Both the position numbers and the translations under genes were made by a program. A stretch of DNA of 60,949 nucleotides, counting the filler, from Dimargaris cristalligena (Eukaryota): the NCBI GenBank assembly GCA_003614675.1. It is 2 parts of 2 records of this genome, joined end to end, with 100 filler letters (N's around TTAATTAATTAA, not from the genome) between each part and the next. Parts side by side here need not be neighbours in the genome. Positions count along the whole stretch, not along the records: positions 1 to 30,433 come from ML002458.1; 1 more part is not named here. One strand, written 5' to 3'. Numbering within the stretch: position 1 is the stretch's first letter; the number at the start of each line of letters is the position of its first letter. A model generated the notes under the pieces. It made no database searches. It was not told the origin of the DNA and saw only the letters and a program-made list of their open reading frames with translations. Shown in pieces: positions 1 through 12,902 of this stretch.

Positions 1-175
1 CCGATATGGGACATATATAGTGAATCAATAGTCAATCAATAAACGTTGGTCTTTTTCTTTCCTTACACTTGTTTTAATGCTAACACAATCGAATAACGCA
101 AGCACAGAGCCCAGCCAATTCAAAGTTTAAAGTGCACAAGTGTAGTGCTGGGCGACGGCGTCCCCACGGCACTAG

Positions 176-432
176 TGTTAGAAATTCATTTCTCCCGCCC
201 CTCCGAATCTACTCTGATTGGTCCGTCCTAATACCCGGGACTATTATCTATTTATGATTATATCACCCTATACCCGGAACAACGTTTTTATCATCATAAC
301 TGCTATTTCCAATACAATAAAACCAACCGCAGGCATCTAGCTTTGCCCCTTGCGGTTCTTTCTCTCTTCTTTAAATTATTTTAGTTGTATCCGAAGGCAC
401 TTGCGTTTACCATCAAATCTATATTTTCAACA
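176..432. mobile_element. Solo LTR (257 bp, TGTT...AACA) with 5-bp target-site duplication
   Basis: Starts TGTTAGAAA (176) and ends TTTTCAACA (432), an imperfect terminal inverted repeat. Flanked by identical ACTAG at 171-175 and 433-437. Internal AATAAA at ~317. Unrelated to the LTRs at 12568/17850. Confidence 0.7.
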
Positions 433-929
433 ACTAGGCCTAGGAATGCGAGTAACGAGTCCTGGCTTTCATTGAAAATACTCTAGCCTTAGAGTGGCTG
501 GCTCCCGGTCGATAGGAACAGCTGTACTTGTGGGACTGTCCAGCGAAATAAAAGATAGGTAATTCCTAAGGATAATTATGAATCGTTGAACTCCTTTTAA
601 TGACAAGCTTCTGACGTTTTTTAATGTCAACTCACTATAAAAATTGGGATAATAGCCACTAAAAAATAATGAATTAAGTATTACATGTTCTAATTAATTA
701 TTATGAGTGTTTTGGCAGTCAAAGTGTACTATTATCTTTTGACACTCATCATATATATTTATCATGTATTTGCCAGCTTGATAAAATGTAACTTAACGCA
801 TTTAGTTTGCTTAGCTACCACTGGATACCAATGCCTATAGCTCAAAGCTAACCATATCATTCTGAAGGGTACTTCATATGTGGCACCATGATAGCAACAA
901 AGTATGACATTGTCCCCAAACCCAACGAT

Positions 930-2040
930 TCTTTCTAATGTAACAGAAAGACTTGAACCCCACCCTTTTCCAATTGACTGGTTTGGAACAACTACTAATG
1001 GCTCTTACTGCTAATACTCCCTACCTGATTACACTAATTGTAACTCAGAAACTGGGTAGACTTAACATTCTACCTCTACAGTATTAAAGTGTAAAATAGT
1101 ACAATATTAATCTGTATCCACTATTGAGGGTATCACCTGAGTTAATCACTCTTAGTCCATCAAGAGTCCTGAGGAAAGGCTTCTAATGGTAGGTGGGGCT
1201 TAAACTCAGCCAAGTGGGCTACTAGTGTCAGGTACAGGCATAGTACTAGCTAATAAAGGCTAAGTGCAGGTTATAAGTAAGGGATGTGCAGTAGGCACAC
1301 TTACTAGTCAGTACAAGGGGAGTGAGTATATATAGGGTTTATTAGAGGTAAACCAGTGGGTAAGAATAAGCTGAGGGATCTAACTGGCCCCAATGGGGCC
1401 CAGTTATATATATATAGGGATAGCTCTAGAGGGAGGTCCTGGGGGAAGGATACTACTAAGACTAAGGTATAGGTAAATAGGCTAACTGGATGGCTGCTAG
1501 TTTCTGGAAGACTCTAATGGTAACCAGAAGAGTCTTTGGATCAGCATTTGAGTGATTAGTGTAAAGAGACATTGTCCATAAGGGGAAGGGTTATATAATA
1601 TAGGATGATCCCATAGTTCCAGAGGTGACCATGGGAAGGTTAATATGGTGCTATAAGGCCTAATAGTGATGGATACTAAGGCATCTGGATTAAGGAGGAT
1701 TAGATAGTCCAACAGCTCTATTTAATGAAGGGTGTCCACTTACTAAATATTTACTAGATGATGGCTTAATAGCATGAACTACTATATCCAGTTTATATAC
1801 AATATTTAATATTTGTCTGTGAGTGGAATAATAGGTACAGGAATATTGGGGAAAAATGTAAATATAAGCCTGTTGCAGTATCCAACTCAGCTACCATTTC
1901 TTCAAGACCAATAGAACCTGCATGGAAATGCCAGATAAACTGTATGGCATTTATTTGGGTCAGATGTACTTTTACTATAATTTATTTAGTTACAATTAGC
2001 AAAAAATCATATTTCCTTTAGTTAATACACCTCATCCAAA
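930..2040. repeat. CpG-free, TAG/CTA-rich decayed sequence (probable degenerate repeat or gene relic)
   Basis: No CG dinucleotide seen by eye over ~1.1 kb. A minus-strand frame at ~960-1260 is repeatedly broken by TAG stops. Origin not identifiable. Confidence 0.45.
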
Positions 2041-3810
2041 CCGGCAATGGACCTGATTTTGGTGAGTGTATGATGATTCACCTAATCATATTGGCATAAG
2101 CCCCAAGCAGCATGCTCACCTCGTAAGTGGCAGTCGGTAATAGTCAGCCAATTTTGATTGGCTTCTATGCTCACGAGTACAAGAATCTATTCCAAAATGT
2201 TTCACCAAACCCCTATTGGACTTCAGTGATAATAGGTTGCACGCCTGGGCAGCGGGGCCATATGATCTCTTTACGGGGATCCGCCGCCAAAGCCAGACAT
2301 TTGGGTTTGATTAAGGTCACCCGGAGATGGCTAGGCGGGACACTTTTGCCTAAGTTGTTGGAACTCAATATATGCAGTACCATAGCTGCCAAGGGTTGCC
2401 TTTACTCATGTCACTTTGCTGATCATAGTACCATTTAGATGATATTTTAGTTTGTTCATTAGCCCCTCAGATTATATTACACGTGAAGGATGAAATGGCA
2501 AGTACTTGTACTTGGCTTTCCAAAGCCGATATCCATGAGTTTCGGATGATAACGGGGGGGGGGGATCTTTTTAGTAAACTCCTTCAGAATGTCCATTGGC
2601 CCTTTTGATTTGGGTTTCCCTTGACCTATGCACTATAGACGTTATAGTTTTGGTGGGGGGAGGACAGGCATGCACCGGTGTTTTTTCCTGGTCAAACGCA
2701 GTGTGATACAAGTGACCGCTCACTTATCGCCGCGGTTTATATGATATGGCTCGAATTATTGATGAATGGATAGGGATTTTTTTTTCAAGAACACTTTAGG
2801 ACCACATTCAATTGAGATAGGAAGGGACTTTCAAGCCAATATGGATTTCGGTCATGCTAATAAATTGTTGGCCGCTTCAACCTTTTCCACCTGTCAGTTG
2901 GTGCTGTCAATCGAAGTTGTAATTCCATAAAAGGGACCAGGACCAGTTGGTTTTGCACTTGAGGGCGGTTACTTACACATGGTATAGTTAAATGGCGTTT
3001 CCTTGAGCAGGCATATACCCAGGGGCCGATTCCTGTTGTTCAACGGCTTCCTACTACTCCTTTGGTATATCTGTGGAACTACACAAGCCGCCTCCGTCCC
3101 TCTCCCAATGAATGTGCTGAGCTTTACTTAAAAAGTATTACACTATGGTTTCCCCGTCTGTATAATCGGGTTACATTTGCCCCAATTTACTTCTATAAGT
3201 AATCCTCAACTACTAGTAATTACAAAATCTATACTGTGAAAATTACTTTCCTTTTTTTCAATTGGAGGTGGAGGGGGAGGGGATATTCCAAATCTTCATT
3301 AGGGTTAGAGGCTTAAAAAATGGTTACACTCCCTATTGACAGAGTCGAATCGATGGTGGACTTGTCCGACCGCCACGCTTAAATAGCACCGTTGGATTCT
3401 AATCTAGCCCACTGAGAACCGAAAGATTGTATATTAGTTACTATGGTCTTAGTAGCACAGCAGGCTATCTATAGAGTCTGTTTTTTTTTCTATAAAAAAA
3501 TACTCGATAATGTTTTGCTCCAAAGTCTTCGCCATCGCCCCTATCAGGAAGCTACTGGTTGACCGATTCCCACTCTACGCCGGCCCTCTATGGCCAGCCA
3601 CTATAATTGTACTTCCCTCTGTGATAACATACCTTTTTCTCGGATATAAATATTAGTGTGTTCTCCATCTTAACTTCTCTATGCAGGGTTTTTATACCTA
3701 TTAGTTCATTATCCGACCATTTAATGTGCCGCCCTGTAGCCCACCACTAACCGCGTTTCGCTGTTTACCATTTCTACTCTGGAATTACCTACCTGGTCTT
3801 TCAACCAAAA

Positions 3811-5309
3811 ATGAGGTTATATTCCGTATATATTGCCTTGATTAGCCTGGTGATAATCAGCTCAACCATTGGGTATCCCCAACCCGGAAATACAGCATCC
3901 AACTTACGGAGTGAATCGGAATTGTATCCAACCGGGCATACCCGAAATGGGGCCTCAACTCACACCGACTCTCACGTCGATTCGGATCTCGATAACGGGT
4001 ATTTGGAAACCATATCCACCGAGGAAGGGTCGAGTGAATGTTTGAAGGTGATTTATGCTCCGCAATTTGAATTCGAAGATATGGTGAGCGAGATGTCTCT
4101 AAGTGAATTCCGAACTATGGTCGAGATTTGTGATAAATACAGTAGCGACGTGTTAAATACCCACCGATTCCAAATACTTATACAGGTTAGTAGGCCAACC
4201 ACCTCATTTATTGATATTCGAAGCGTACCCATATCACTCTGGCACATGCTATCCTTTATTCGCCAGACCCAACAATTAAAGGTGTCTGCTCTACTATACA
4301 TCTGTTCAACGCTTACTTCCCCGTTTTCGGAGTACAGCTGGCTCCTATTCTAGGCGTAAGTGATATCGATGCCCATGTTCTCCGCTCCCTACTTCCCGTA
4401 CACCTCCAAAGCCTGATGCTAATGCACGGATGGATGTACACCCAGCATGAAGTAAGACACGAGTTGGCCTCGATATGTCCCGACGGAAGATGTACGATCC
4501 AGCAACTCGCCGGGTTCCGCGACTCGAGTTTCCATATGAAACGGCTTAGCCACCTTTATCGCGAGATCGCCTACGTCGACTATACCCGGCTCAACGGTGA
4601 CCAGCGACGCGTTCTCTTTCCGCTCGTCGACGCCCTGGCCCAACTGCCCGCCCGCTGGATTCTACAATTATTGGACCGACTCCGGGCCGCCATCACCAAC
4701 CACCCCGGTTTACTTCTGGCGGCGTCGGGGGTCGAGAAAAACGATCCCTTGCTGGGACCCCTGGTGGCCGGTATCCGGGGCGTCGGATCTAAAGCCCTCC
4801 ATGACGGTTTGATCAACGAACTGCTGGTCAGTACCAGTGCCGTCCTAGCGGTCACGGGCCAGTTTCCTAAACTGCAGCAATTGGCCGGGCTTTTAAAGCG
4901 GTGGAACCCCGGACATCCCCTCCCCGGCGCCCATTTCATCGGGTTGCTCGTCTTGGAGTACGGCGGTCCCGCCTTCCGGGACTGGGCCGTGGCCTGGTTG
5001 GGTCGGTTCTCGGGGTCCCGGTACGCTGCCCGGCAATTAGGCTGGGACCAGGCGGCCGGGTGGTTGCCTCCGGACCATCACCCCACCGGGGGGTCAACGG
5101 CGCAGTGGCTCCTCCGGGATTTAACCGCAGCAATGTACGTCTACCCCAGCCGGCATCGCAACGGCGCCGCAGCCCTGTGGATTCGCGTACGCCGATCCCC
5201 CACCCAAGGACTGCTCCGGAAAGATAGTCAACTGTTGTTTGATGACGTTTGGTTTCCCCAGGACAGGGTCCAGTCGTTACTGGATTCGGTAGGACTTATT
5301 CTTCCCTAG
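3811..5309 (+). CDS. Secreted orphan protein with F-box-like motif (~448 aa; exons 3811-4185, 4338-5309)
   Basis: Hydrophobic signal peptide MRLYSVYIALISLVIISSTIG. Phase-0 intron CAG|GTTAGT...TACAG|CTG joins ORF 3811 to the frame of ORF 4416. PQFEFEDMVSEMSLSEFRTMVEICDKY has F-box spacing. Confidence 0.6.
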
Positions 5310-5805
5310 CGGCTAAGCGTTGGCTTGCTATGTTTGTATTACATTCGGCAGTTATATTAAGTGCCGGCTGCCCCCAACAATGGTCTATAAATCGGAATGG
5401 GGTATAACGTATGTGGGTGGGTGTATATATAGATAATGAATAGTCGCATTGGATACAAGTGGACAAATCATTAACGGCAGATTCCGCGGTGGGGTTTGGT
5501 GTGGACCGGAAATGTGATTGATTCCAGAAGGTGGGTGGGAAACACGGTCTCCTTTTCCCCCACACTTGTGACCTGTAAGGTGCCGCTGGATGGTGGTTAC
5601 CCAAAGGTGCCACTCCCTCACTCCTCCCCTCTCAGCCTGTTGACCTGTCATTATTTACCTTTCTGGAGTCCGCTGCCGGTTTGTACCTTTCATATATATA
5701 TATTTTTCACCTTTCATTCCACCTATTCTACTACTCTTGCCCATTTCACCTTACTTTGAACCCCATTCCCCTCCCCTTCATTCAACCCTGGTTTCGTCTA
5801 GCACT

Positions 5806-7556
5806 ATGAGTCGAGGCACCGGAGCTTTGCGTCGCTATTTGTCCGTGGGGTCGACCACTCCCCAGGCCCTGGCAGGGGGAAAACCTGACCTGTCTGGCCG
5901 AATGAGTGACCCGACCACCGTCCCTCCGTTTCAAGTTAAAGGGGTCGTCTTCGACGTAAGTGTGAGCGCTTCCCAAAAAGGGCTAGAATACACCCCCCCT
6001 TTCCCCCCTATTATTTGTGATTTTCGTCACGCAAAAGCTTCCCACCAAACTAACCACCGGGATATTTGGGACGGTCAATCGGCTATATATCGCCTGGACC
6101 CTTTATACCCTTTTTTGGTCGTGTGCCAATGTATTGTTAACTTCTGCTGCTCCTCTCGTAAAATAGATGGACGGTACCTTGGTGACGCCCATGACGGTAA
6201 GTGCCTTCGATAATTTTTATTTAAAAATACTTTATTTTATTTGGTATAGTTTAATATGCTGTGTATTCGGCGAGACTACCCATCTCCTGGAACTTGAACA
6301 GTGGTGTGGTCTTGCGCTTGTTAAACTCTGAACGACACCTCAGGAGTATAGTTAGTATAGCCAGCCGTCGATACAAGTACTAATCTATGTATATTAATTA
6401 TCGACACCATTTATTTTACCCATTCCCAGGCGTACTTGCGTGAAATGAAGACCACCCTCAATATCCCCGAAAATCAGGACACGCTGGGCTACATCCACAG
6501 TCTGTCCGAACCCGCTCGTTCGAAGGCCGAGGCTGTCATTGTGGAAATCGAAAATCGGGCCCTGGAGGAAATGCAACTCCAGCCAGGTAATATCAATGAT
6601 GGATTTTACGACCTTAGTTAAACTATGGAGCTTCAACCTGCAGTGCTATATCTCTCAGCCATACCGGGAATCTCCATGACCTTTTTTTAACGCGAGTGCA
6701 TATTGAAACATGTTGCCTCTGACTGCACATACATATATATATTAGGTCTCCCCGAACTACTCAAGTACCTCACGCAGCAGGGCATTCATAAGGTAATTAT
6801 TTCGGGGGTTTTATATCTCCTATCGGATTTGAGCGGGGCTACTATGGCATGTTGATTTCATTTTAGGAGCTAATTAGCCTAAAAACGTAGTTTAACACTG
6901 ACCTCCTCCTCTCCAACCGATAATTTGGACTAATATACTAAGGCACTCCCCACTCCTCTGCCCACCACATACCTGCTCACTCTTTGGCATATTTTTACCA
7001 ACAACTCTACTATTTGACCATTAACTTGTCCAGGCCATCTTGACGCGCAACAATGTTAACTCGGTCAACCATATGGCCGACAATCTGTTCCCGCTCCCGG
7101 TCCCTGGTGAGCCGCATCCCTTCCACTTCGACCCTATTCTGACTCGATCATTCCAGCCCATCAAACCCGATCCCGCGCCGCTCTATCATATCGCTGAACA
7201 ATGGGTACGTTTCTTTAATTTATACACCCTATGGTAGACAATGAGGTTGGATAGAGATGTTATACCCAGTTTTCTTATACCTCAAAAGTACTCAACATAC
7301 CGACCACTCTTTTAATATATATAAATGCATCCTTTTGGTCATATTAAAATTACAGGGAATACAACCCGAAGAACTTATGATGGTGGGCGACCATGCCGAC
7401 GATCTCAATTGTGGAAACAACGCCGGCGCCGTGTCCGTCCTCCTACTCGACCAAGTTAACCGTAAGTTCGTCCCGCTGGCCGATTTGGCCGTTTGCTCCC
7501 TGGACGATATCATCGACTTTCTTCGGGACGGATTTATGTTGCATCACAAAAAGTAA
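5806..7556 (+). CDS. HAD-superfamily hydrolase, YOR131C-like (exons 5806-5955, 6167-6196, 6430-6586, 6746-6792, 7034-7204, 7356-7556)
   Basis: Spliced motif I VVFD|MDGT, motif II ILTRN, KPDPAP, motif IV MVGDHADDL. All introns GT-AG and in phase. Confidence 0.85.
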
Positions 7557-7855
7557 ATATGATTAGGAGTGTATCCCGTGGATGCCCGGTATGAAATAAT
7601 GGCCATCGGAAGGGGAATGGCGAACTTTCGCTTATATATCGATATCTATAAATATAAATATCCCGCTAGTGGGTATTTGATTCGAAAATGTCACTTGGGA
7701 ATGATCGCAGTGGTAAATATAGTACCATAGAGTGCACCTTTATAGAATTATTAGACATGGTACCCTATTGGAGAAGGCGAAGTAAGTATCCCAACGTCGC
7801 AGCGATTCCAAGAAGGGAAGAAAAAAAAAGGGAGGGGGGGCTGAAAGTCGGACTA

Positions 7856-8888
7856 TTATTTCTGAGTATGAGTAGGTTTGGAAGGGTGTTTGGTAAAGGC
7901 CACGGTACAGATTTTCTGGCCCTGTACTCCGCCAAAGGTGAAGGCCCGGTAGGGAACGTGGTCGTGATAAACCAAATGGTCGCTGAAATGGCGCTGTAAT
8001 TCAGCCTGGGTCCAGTTACACGACGTTATGAGTAGCACGCCGTCGTCCTTGAGGAGACGCAGTACCGCTTCGACGTAAAGCTGCTTAGGATCGCGTAATT
8101 CGACCTCCGCGGCCGCCGAGACCGAAACCGGAAGGGGTTCGCCTAGACTGATAGCATCGAAAGTACCCTTGTCGAGCACCACATCGGCCAACCCAGTGGA
8201 ATTGGTCGTACCGGCAGCGGCGCTGCTGGTGGTGAACGACGCCGAGACTTCCGCAAGGAACCGATCCAAATCCGCCCTTTGCAGCATATCCACTTGATGG
8301 TATTGAATAGGACTTAACTGGCCCAGTTGGGTCGTGGCGATGGTCCGGGCCAATGCCACGGCCCGTTCGGAGTAGTCCAGGCCGTGTAACTGGGTATAAT
8401 CCCGGTCGGCTAGCTCGAGGAGTAGGTGGCCATTACCGCAACCGAGATCCAGGATCGTAGGGGACGTTGCTTGGTTAGGGCGGTGGGTTTCGAGCCATTC
8501 GACCATCTTTTCGACACTTTCTTCGCCGAACCAAACTTCACCAATGTCACCGTGGTCGTTGAAGTTGGTGACCTCCCGGTCGTAGGCATTATCCCAGCTG
8601 GTAAACGAGCGAGAGAGGGGTGCGGGGAAAATACACGAATAGAGCGGTTAAGAGGGGATATAGTGGCATTTCAGGCAGCGGTGTTCCGAGAAACGGGTAA
8701 GCAACCACCGCCTGGTTGGCCTGGGTATTAGACCCTTCCCGCCCTCGACCGCTTTCGGACAGAAATATAAGACGCGGGGGGTGAAGTAGAACAAGTAAAC
8801 ACCCTAAAGGTGCTTTATTGAAGTGCACTTACTATTCCCGGGTACCTAGCTCGGAAGGACCGAAATCGCTCGAGTCTTCGAGGGACAT
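7856..8888 (-). CDS. EFM4: Protein-lysine N-methyltransferase Efm4/See1 (EEF1AKMT2) (exons 8888-8833, 8597-7856)
   Basis: Spliced N-terminus [33 protein letters not shown], SAM motif ILDLGCGNG, LDKGTFDAISL, ITSCNWT, FTFGGVQG. Confidence 0.9.
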
Positions 8889-9835
8889 GGGTTGGAAGCG
8901 GGGGTAAGGAAGTATTAGAGAGAGGGGGTAAGGCGGCTCGGGTTTGTGAATGCGGGCAACAGGACACGAAAGAGGGCAGAAGGAGAGATTCCGAAGGAAT
9001 AAAAGTAAGTCCGAATAGAATTGACGAGAAGGCCTGGAGAGTTTGCAGAAAAAAAACACGTCTCTTTCAAGGATACTTCTATGTCTTTTAGTGGAAGAAC
9101 GCGATGTATCTAGACGGTCCTTCTCCTTATAATCTCAGGTTATGTCAGTGTAGGCTTTTGGGTTGTCGTCATGGGAAAAGCTCCTTTGGCTCCACTCCGA
9201 GCCTATTCTTTCCGAGTCCATTAGCTAACCCCTTCCAGGGTCCGGTGCCACTGCTATGCTGCCAAAGTAAAGTATACATAGGGATATGTTGACGGAGTAC
9301 CGGCACTAGTAGGCCGATGTACTTAAACTAGCCCTCGGACAAAAACTACTAGGGCCAAATAGCGACTAATGAAAAATGACCCGAGTCTAGCCTAACAAAG
9401 GTGCTTTTATTCCCAAGGACTACTATTATAGTATGCAATGGGGGGACGCAGCCGTGGCACTGACAGTAAAAGGTTCCCACTGAAGGAAGGTCACGAACGC
9501 GTTCCCTAGTTCAAAAAAAGAAATCACCATCCTTCCCATACAACCCACCCACGAAACGACAGCTCCTTGCAGCAAAGGTAGGTTAGTGGAGACACCTCTA
9601 TTCTTTGGTTGAATCGCAGTCTCATTGGCTCTCCTTTCTACAACAAGAGTCGTGCTTGGCTTATTTCACCTAAACTATATACTCCTCCTCCTTCTCATTA
9701 TTACCTTTGGCATTTCCTTGTTCATTGGCTTTACACATTCCTACTTCGTTTATCTTCACTGTTTATTAGATTCACTCCTCTCCATCTACCCCGTTTTTCC
9801 CACACCACGCGGTCCACCAGCCCTAATAGCCCAAG

Positions 9836-12430
9836 ATGGATGACGATCTAAACGACGAAATCCTGGCCCTTTATGATGGTGGCGATGGTAACCGTCACCG
9901 CTCGCGTTCGTCTAGGTAGGTTCATTGGCCTAGTCTTACTACAGCTGCATCGGAAGATTGCTTTAACTAGTCCGCTATAGTTCATACCCAGAAGAGCCGC
10001 TTGCCCTCGTCATCACTCCCTACTGAAGGCCAACCAACGGTGTTGGCAATGTAAAACACTACCAATAACCCAGCTATTCCAGACCCCCCCCTACCCATCA
10101 TATACATATACCCTCATGTGTATACCCACCATGATAAGTACTATCCCCTTCTTTACTTATTCCCAACCTTTCCTCGACTTGTTTACCCCTACTCTGGCGA
10201 TAGGCAACACCGCCATTCGGATTCCGGCCCCGATGGGGCTGATTCCGGATCAGGCCGTGACGGGCATCGCGACAGACATCGCCACGCCTCCTACGACGAC
10301 GACGATGATGACGATATGGATATTGATATCGGGATGGATGATGGTCCCCGAGGCCATGGTCATGGCCATGACGACCTAGACGGGTATGGCCCCGACCTCA
10401 TGGGGGACGAAGCCGACCGTCGCCACCTGTTAAGCTTACCCGAAGTTGAACGTGAGCGAATCCTTCATGAACGCGCGGAACGCCAACAGGAACTGCAGGA
10501 ACGCGCTGAAGTGCGTCGTAAACTGCGGGAAGGTCAGCAACAACAGCACCACCATCATCGCCACCACGACAATCTGGCCTATGGGGGTGAGGACGAAGAT
10601 GATGATGATGATGATGATATGGGTGGGGCCGGCTCCTCTACCCGGCGGTCCTCCCGTACGGCCGGCGGGAAAACTGGTACCCGGGCTTCGGAAAAATCCA
10701 GGGGCCTGTCGGAACTCAAGCGGCGTCGGGAGGAACAGAGTCATGATGTCCGACGACAGCGACGTCGGTCCCCTTCTTATTCCGGCCGGGACTCGGATCG
10801 GGAGGCGGATTACCGTGACCGCGACCGGCGTTCGGGAAAATATAGTTATGACGATAGTGATCCTGAGGATGATCGGGATCGGCATCACCATGGCCGACCC
10901 TCCCGGGGAAGTGGCGGACCGACTTCGACTGGTCGAGACGGCGACGGGGGTGAGCGCCACGGACGGCGGGACAGAGAGGCCGAGACCACCCCGGCCAATC
11001 TGCGGGAGCTCAACGACATCACCCTCTCGCGGGACACGCTGGTAGATTGGGCGCTCCGCCCGTACTTTGATGACACCGTGGTGGGCTGCTTCGTGCGCCT
11101 CGGTCTAGGGATGGACACCCACGGCGAACTGCAATACCGGGTGTGCGAAATTGTCGGGGTCCAGGTCGCCCGCAAACCCTACCAAGTGGGCTCGGCCGTC
11201 ACCAACAAGCGACTGGTCCTGAAACACGGGGCGTCCATCCGACCCTTCCCCATCACTACCGTCTCCAACCAACCCATCAATCACCGGGAATTCGACCGCC
11301 TGATCAATACCTGTAAAATCGACGACCTCCCCCCGCTCGATGTCGCCCAGGTCGAGCGTAAGCGCCGGGACATTGAAAGTGCCCGTAATTATGTCCTCAG
11401 CAACGCCGAAGTCGAGGCCATGGTCCAAATGCGCCAGGAACTGGCGGGGGCCCCGTTGAACTACACGGTCGAAAAGGAACACCTGACCCGACGGTTGGAA
11501 ACGGCGGAACAGGACCAGAATTGGGTGGAAGTGGACCGGCTCCAACTGGAAATCGACCGCCTCAACGACTTGATCGCTAAAACGGCGTACGGGAATACGA
11601 GTCAGGATCTCGCGGCACTGGCGGAAATCAATAAACGGAACCGGCGACTGAATCAGTCGGAGGGGCGAAAACTGGACGATGGGCCGAATAGTGGTAACCC
11701 CAGCGGGGGTGGTACGCGCACCGGCGACCTAAAGGGGACTGCTACTACTACTACTTCGGGAGTCGACGGACATGCTAACGGGGGAGGTGGCCGGGCGAAT
11801 CATAATAAGAATAGTCATCACCATGGGCGTGGAAATGCAAATGGAGGGGCGACAACTACCGGCTCCACTACTACTACTACTACTACTACTACGACTACTG
11901 CTGCCTCTACTACTCACCCGACTTCGAACGGCCCCCACACTCCCGCCCATCGGAAACACCACCTACCACTCCCGGCGGGGATGGGCGCAGCAGCGGCGGC
12001 AGGCAACGTCGTGAATTCTAGTATTGATATTTTGACGGCCAGCCAATCGGGGGTGAAACCCCCCGTTCCCTTGGCCGCGATCCAGGACCAATTGCATAAT
12101 CTCGATGACCTGTCATCCCTCAATAGCCCACGGACCCAGCAAGTGCAGAGCCAATTGGTACAGAAGATGATGGAGACTGGAAAAGCCGCGCTGGCCCAAC
12201 TGAAAGAGTTACAGCGGACCCGCAAGTCGCTGGCCCCGTCAGGATCAATAGTGGCGACCACTACCAATGGAAAGGGGGCCAGTGAAACCGATCAACCGGC
12301 TCTACCACCACCAACAACAACAACAGCAGCAGCAGCAACATCCCCCCTCTGTGCTTACGAACGCCATTTTGCTAGTGCGCAGTTCGAAACGCCGGCGGAT
12401 TTCACCGGGTTTTTGGCCGAATCGAATTAA
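9836..12430 (+). CDS. RTF1: Paf1 complex subunit Rtf1, Plus-3 domain (exons 9836-9915, 10204-12430)
   Basis: HMD motif DGYGPDLMGDEADRRHLLSLPEVERERILHER. Plus-3 domain YFDDTVVGCFVRLGLG..YRVCEI..VSNQP. Exon 1 MDDDLNDEILAL joined through a phase-2 intron. Confidence 0.9.
11868..11899 (+). repeat. (ACT)n microsatellite encoding poly-Thr in RTF1
   Basis: actactactact... run in the coding frame. Confidence 0.75.
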
Positions 12431-12545
12431 TGGTGACATGGTGTGATACTCCGGGGGGTTTAAATTATTTTAACGATACATAAATATACATTTACCGGTT
12501 TTTGATTTTCTTATATATATATATATATATATTTGGAATACATAT

Positions 12546-12567
12546 GGGAGAAGTTCAATCAAGCTAT
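12546..12567 (-). mobile_element. Truncated MITE terminus interrupted by the LTR retrotransposon
   Basis: ATAT|GGGAGAAGTTCAATCAAGCTAT closely matches the MITE end ATAT|GGGAGAGGTTCAATAAGACTGTATAA at 44610. Confidence 0.55.
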
Positions 12568-12870
12568 TGCAACTGAGGGAGGTCACCATCACCCACCGGC
12601 AGGAGGCCGATCCTCCCCACAGTACCCCTCACCCGAGTGAGGAAGAACCACTAGACGAGGACATGGACTACCCGCTGGAAGAGGGCGCCTCTACCCCAAC
12701 AGCACTAAAACAACACCTCATCTCGGAGGGATAAAACAGACTGGCTGGAGCGGCCGACTATTTACACCTTGTCTTCGAAATAAATACTATACATTTATTA
12801 TCTATCTTCAACTCTTGCCCTACTCGGCGCGCTACTACTTTCCTGCCCTCCTCGGCCTAATCTGGTTACA
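12568..12870 (+). repeat. 5' LTR (303 bp)
   Basis: TGCAAC...GTTACA; direct repeat of 17850-18152. Confidence 0.95.
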
Positions 12871-12874
12871 AACT

Positions 12875-12888
12875 TTTATTTCGAAGAC
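12875..12888 (+). promoter_or_regulatory. Self-complementary primer-binding site (Tf1-type self-priming)
   Basis: TTTATTTCGAAGAC is the exact reverse complement of LTR 12771-12784 GTCTTCGAAATAAA. No TGG tRNA-type PBS follows the LTR. Confidence 0.8.
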
Positions 12889-12902
12889 CTATATATATAA
12901 CC

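Noticed and set aside
143-176. GC hairpin followed by CTAG, resembling a Helitron 3' end
   Set aside because: The ACTAG is better explained as the solo-LTR TSD; there is no Helitron 5' end or second copy.
1381-1406. Near-perfect inverted repeat TAACTGGCCCC-AAT-GGGGCCCAGTTA
   Set aside because: Single short palindrome in decayed DNA with no supporting context.
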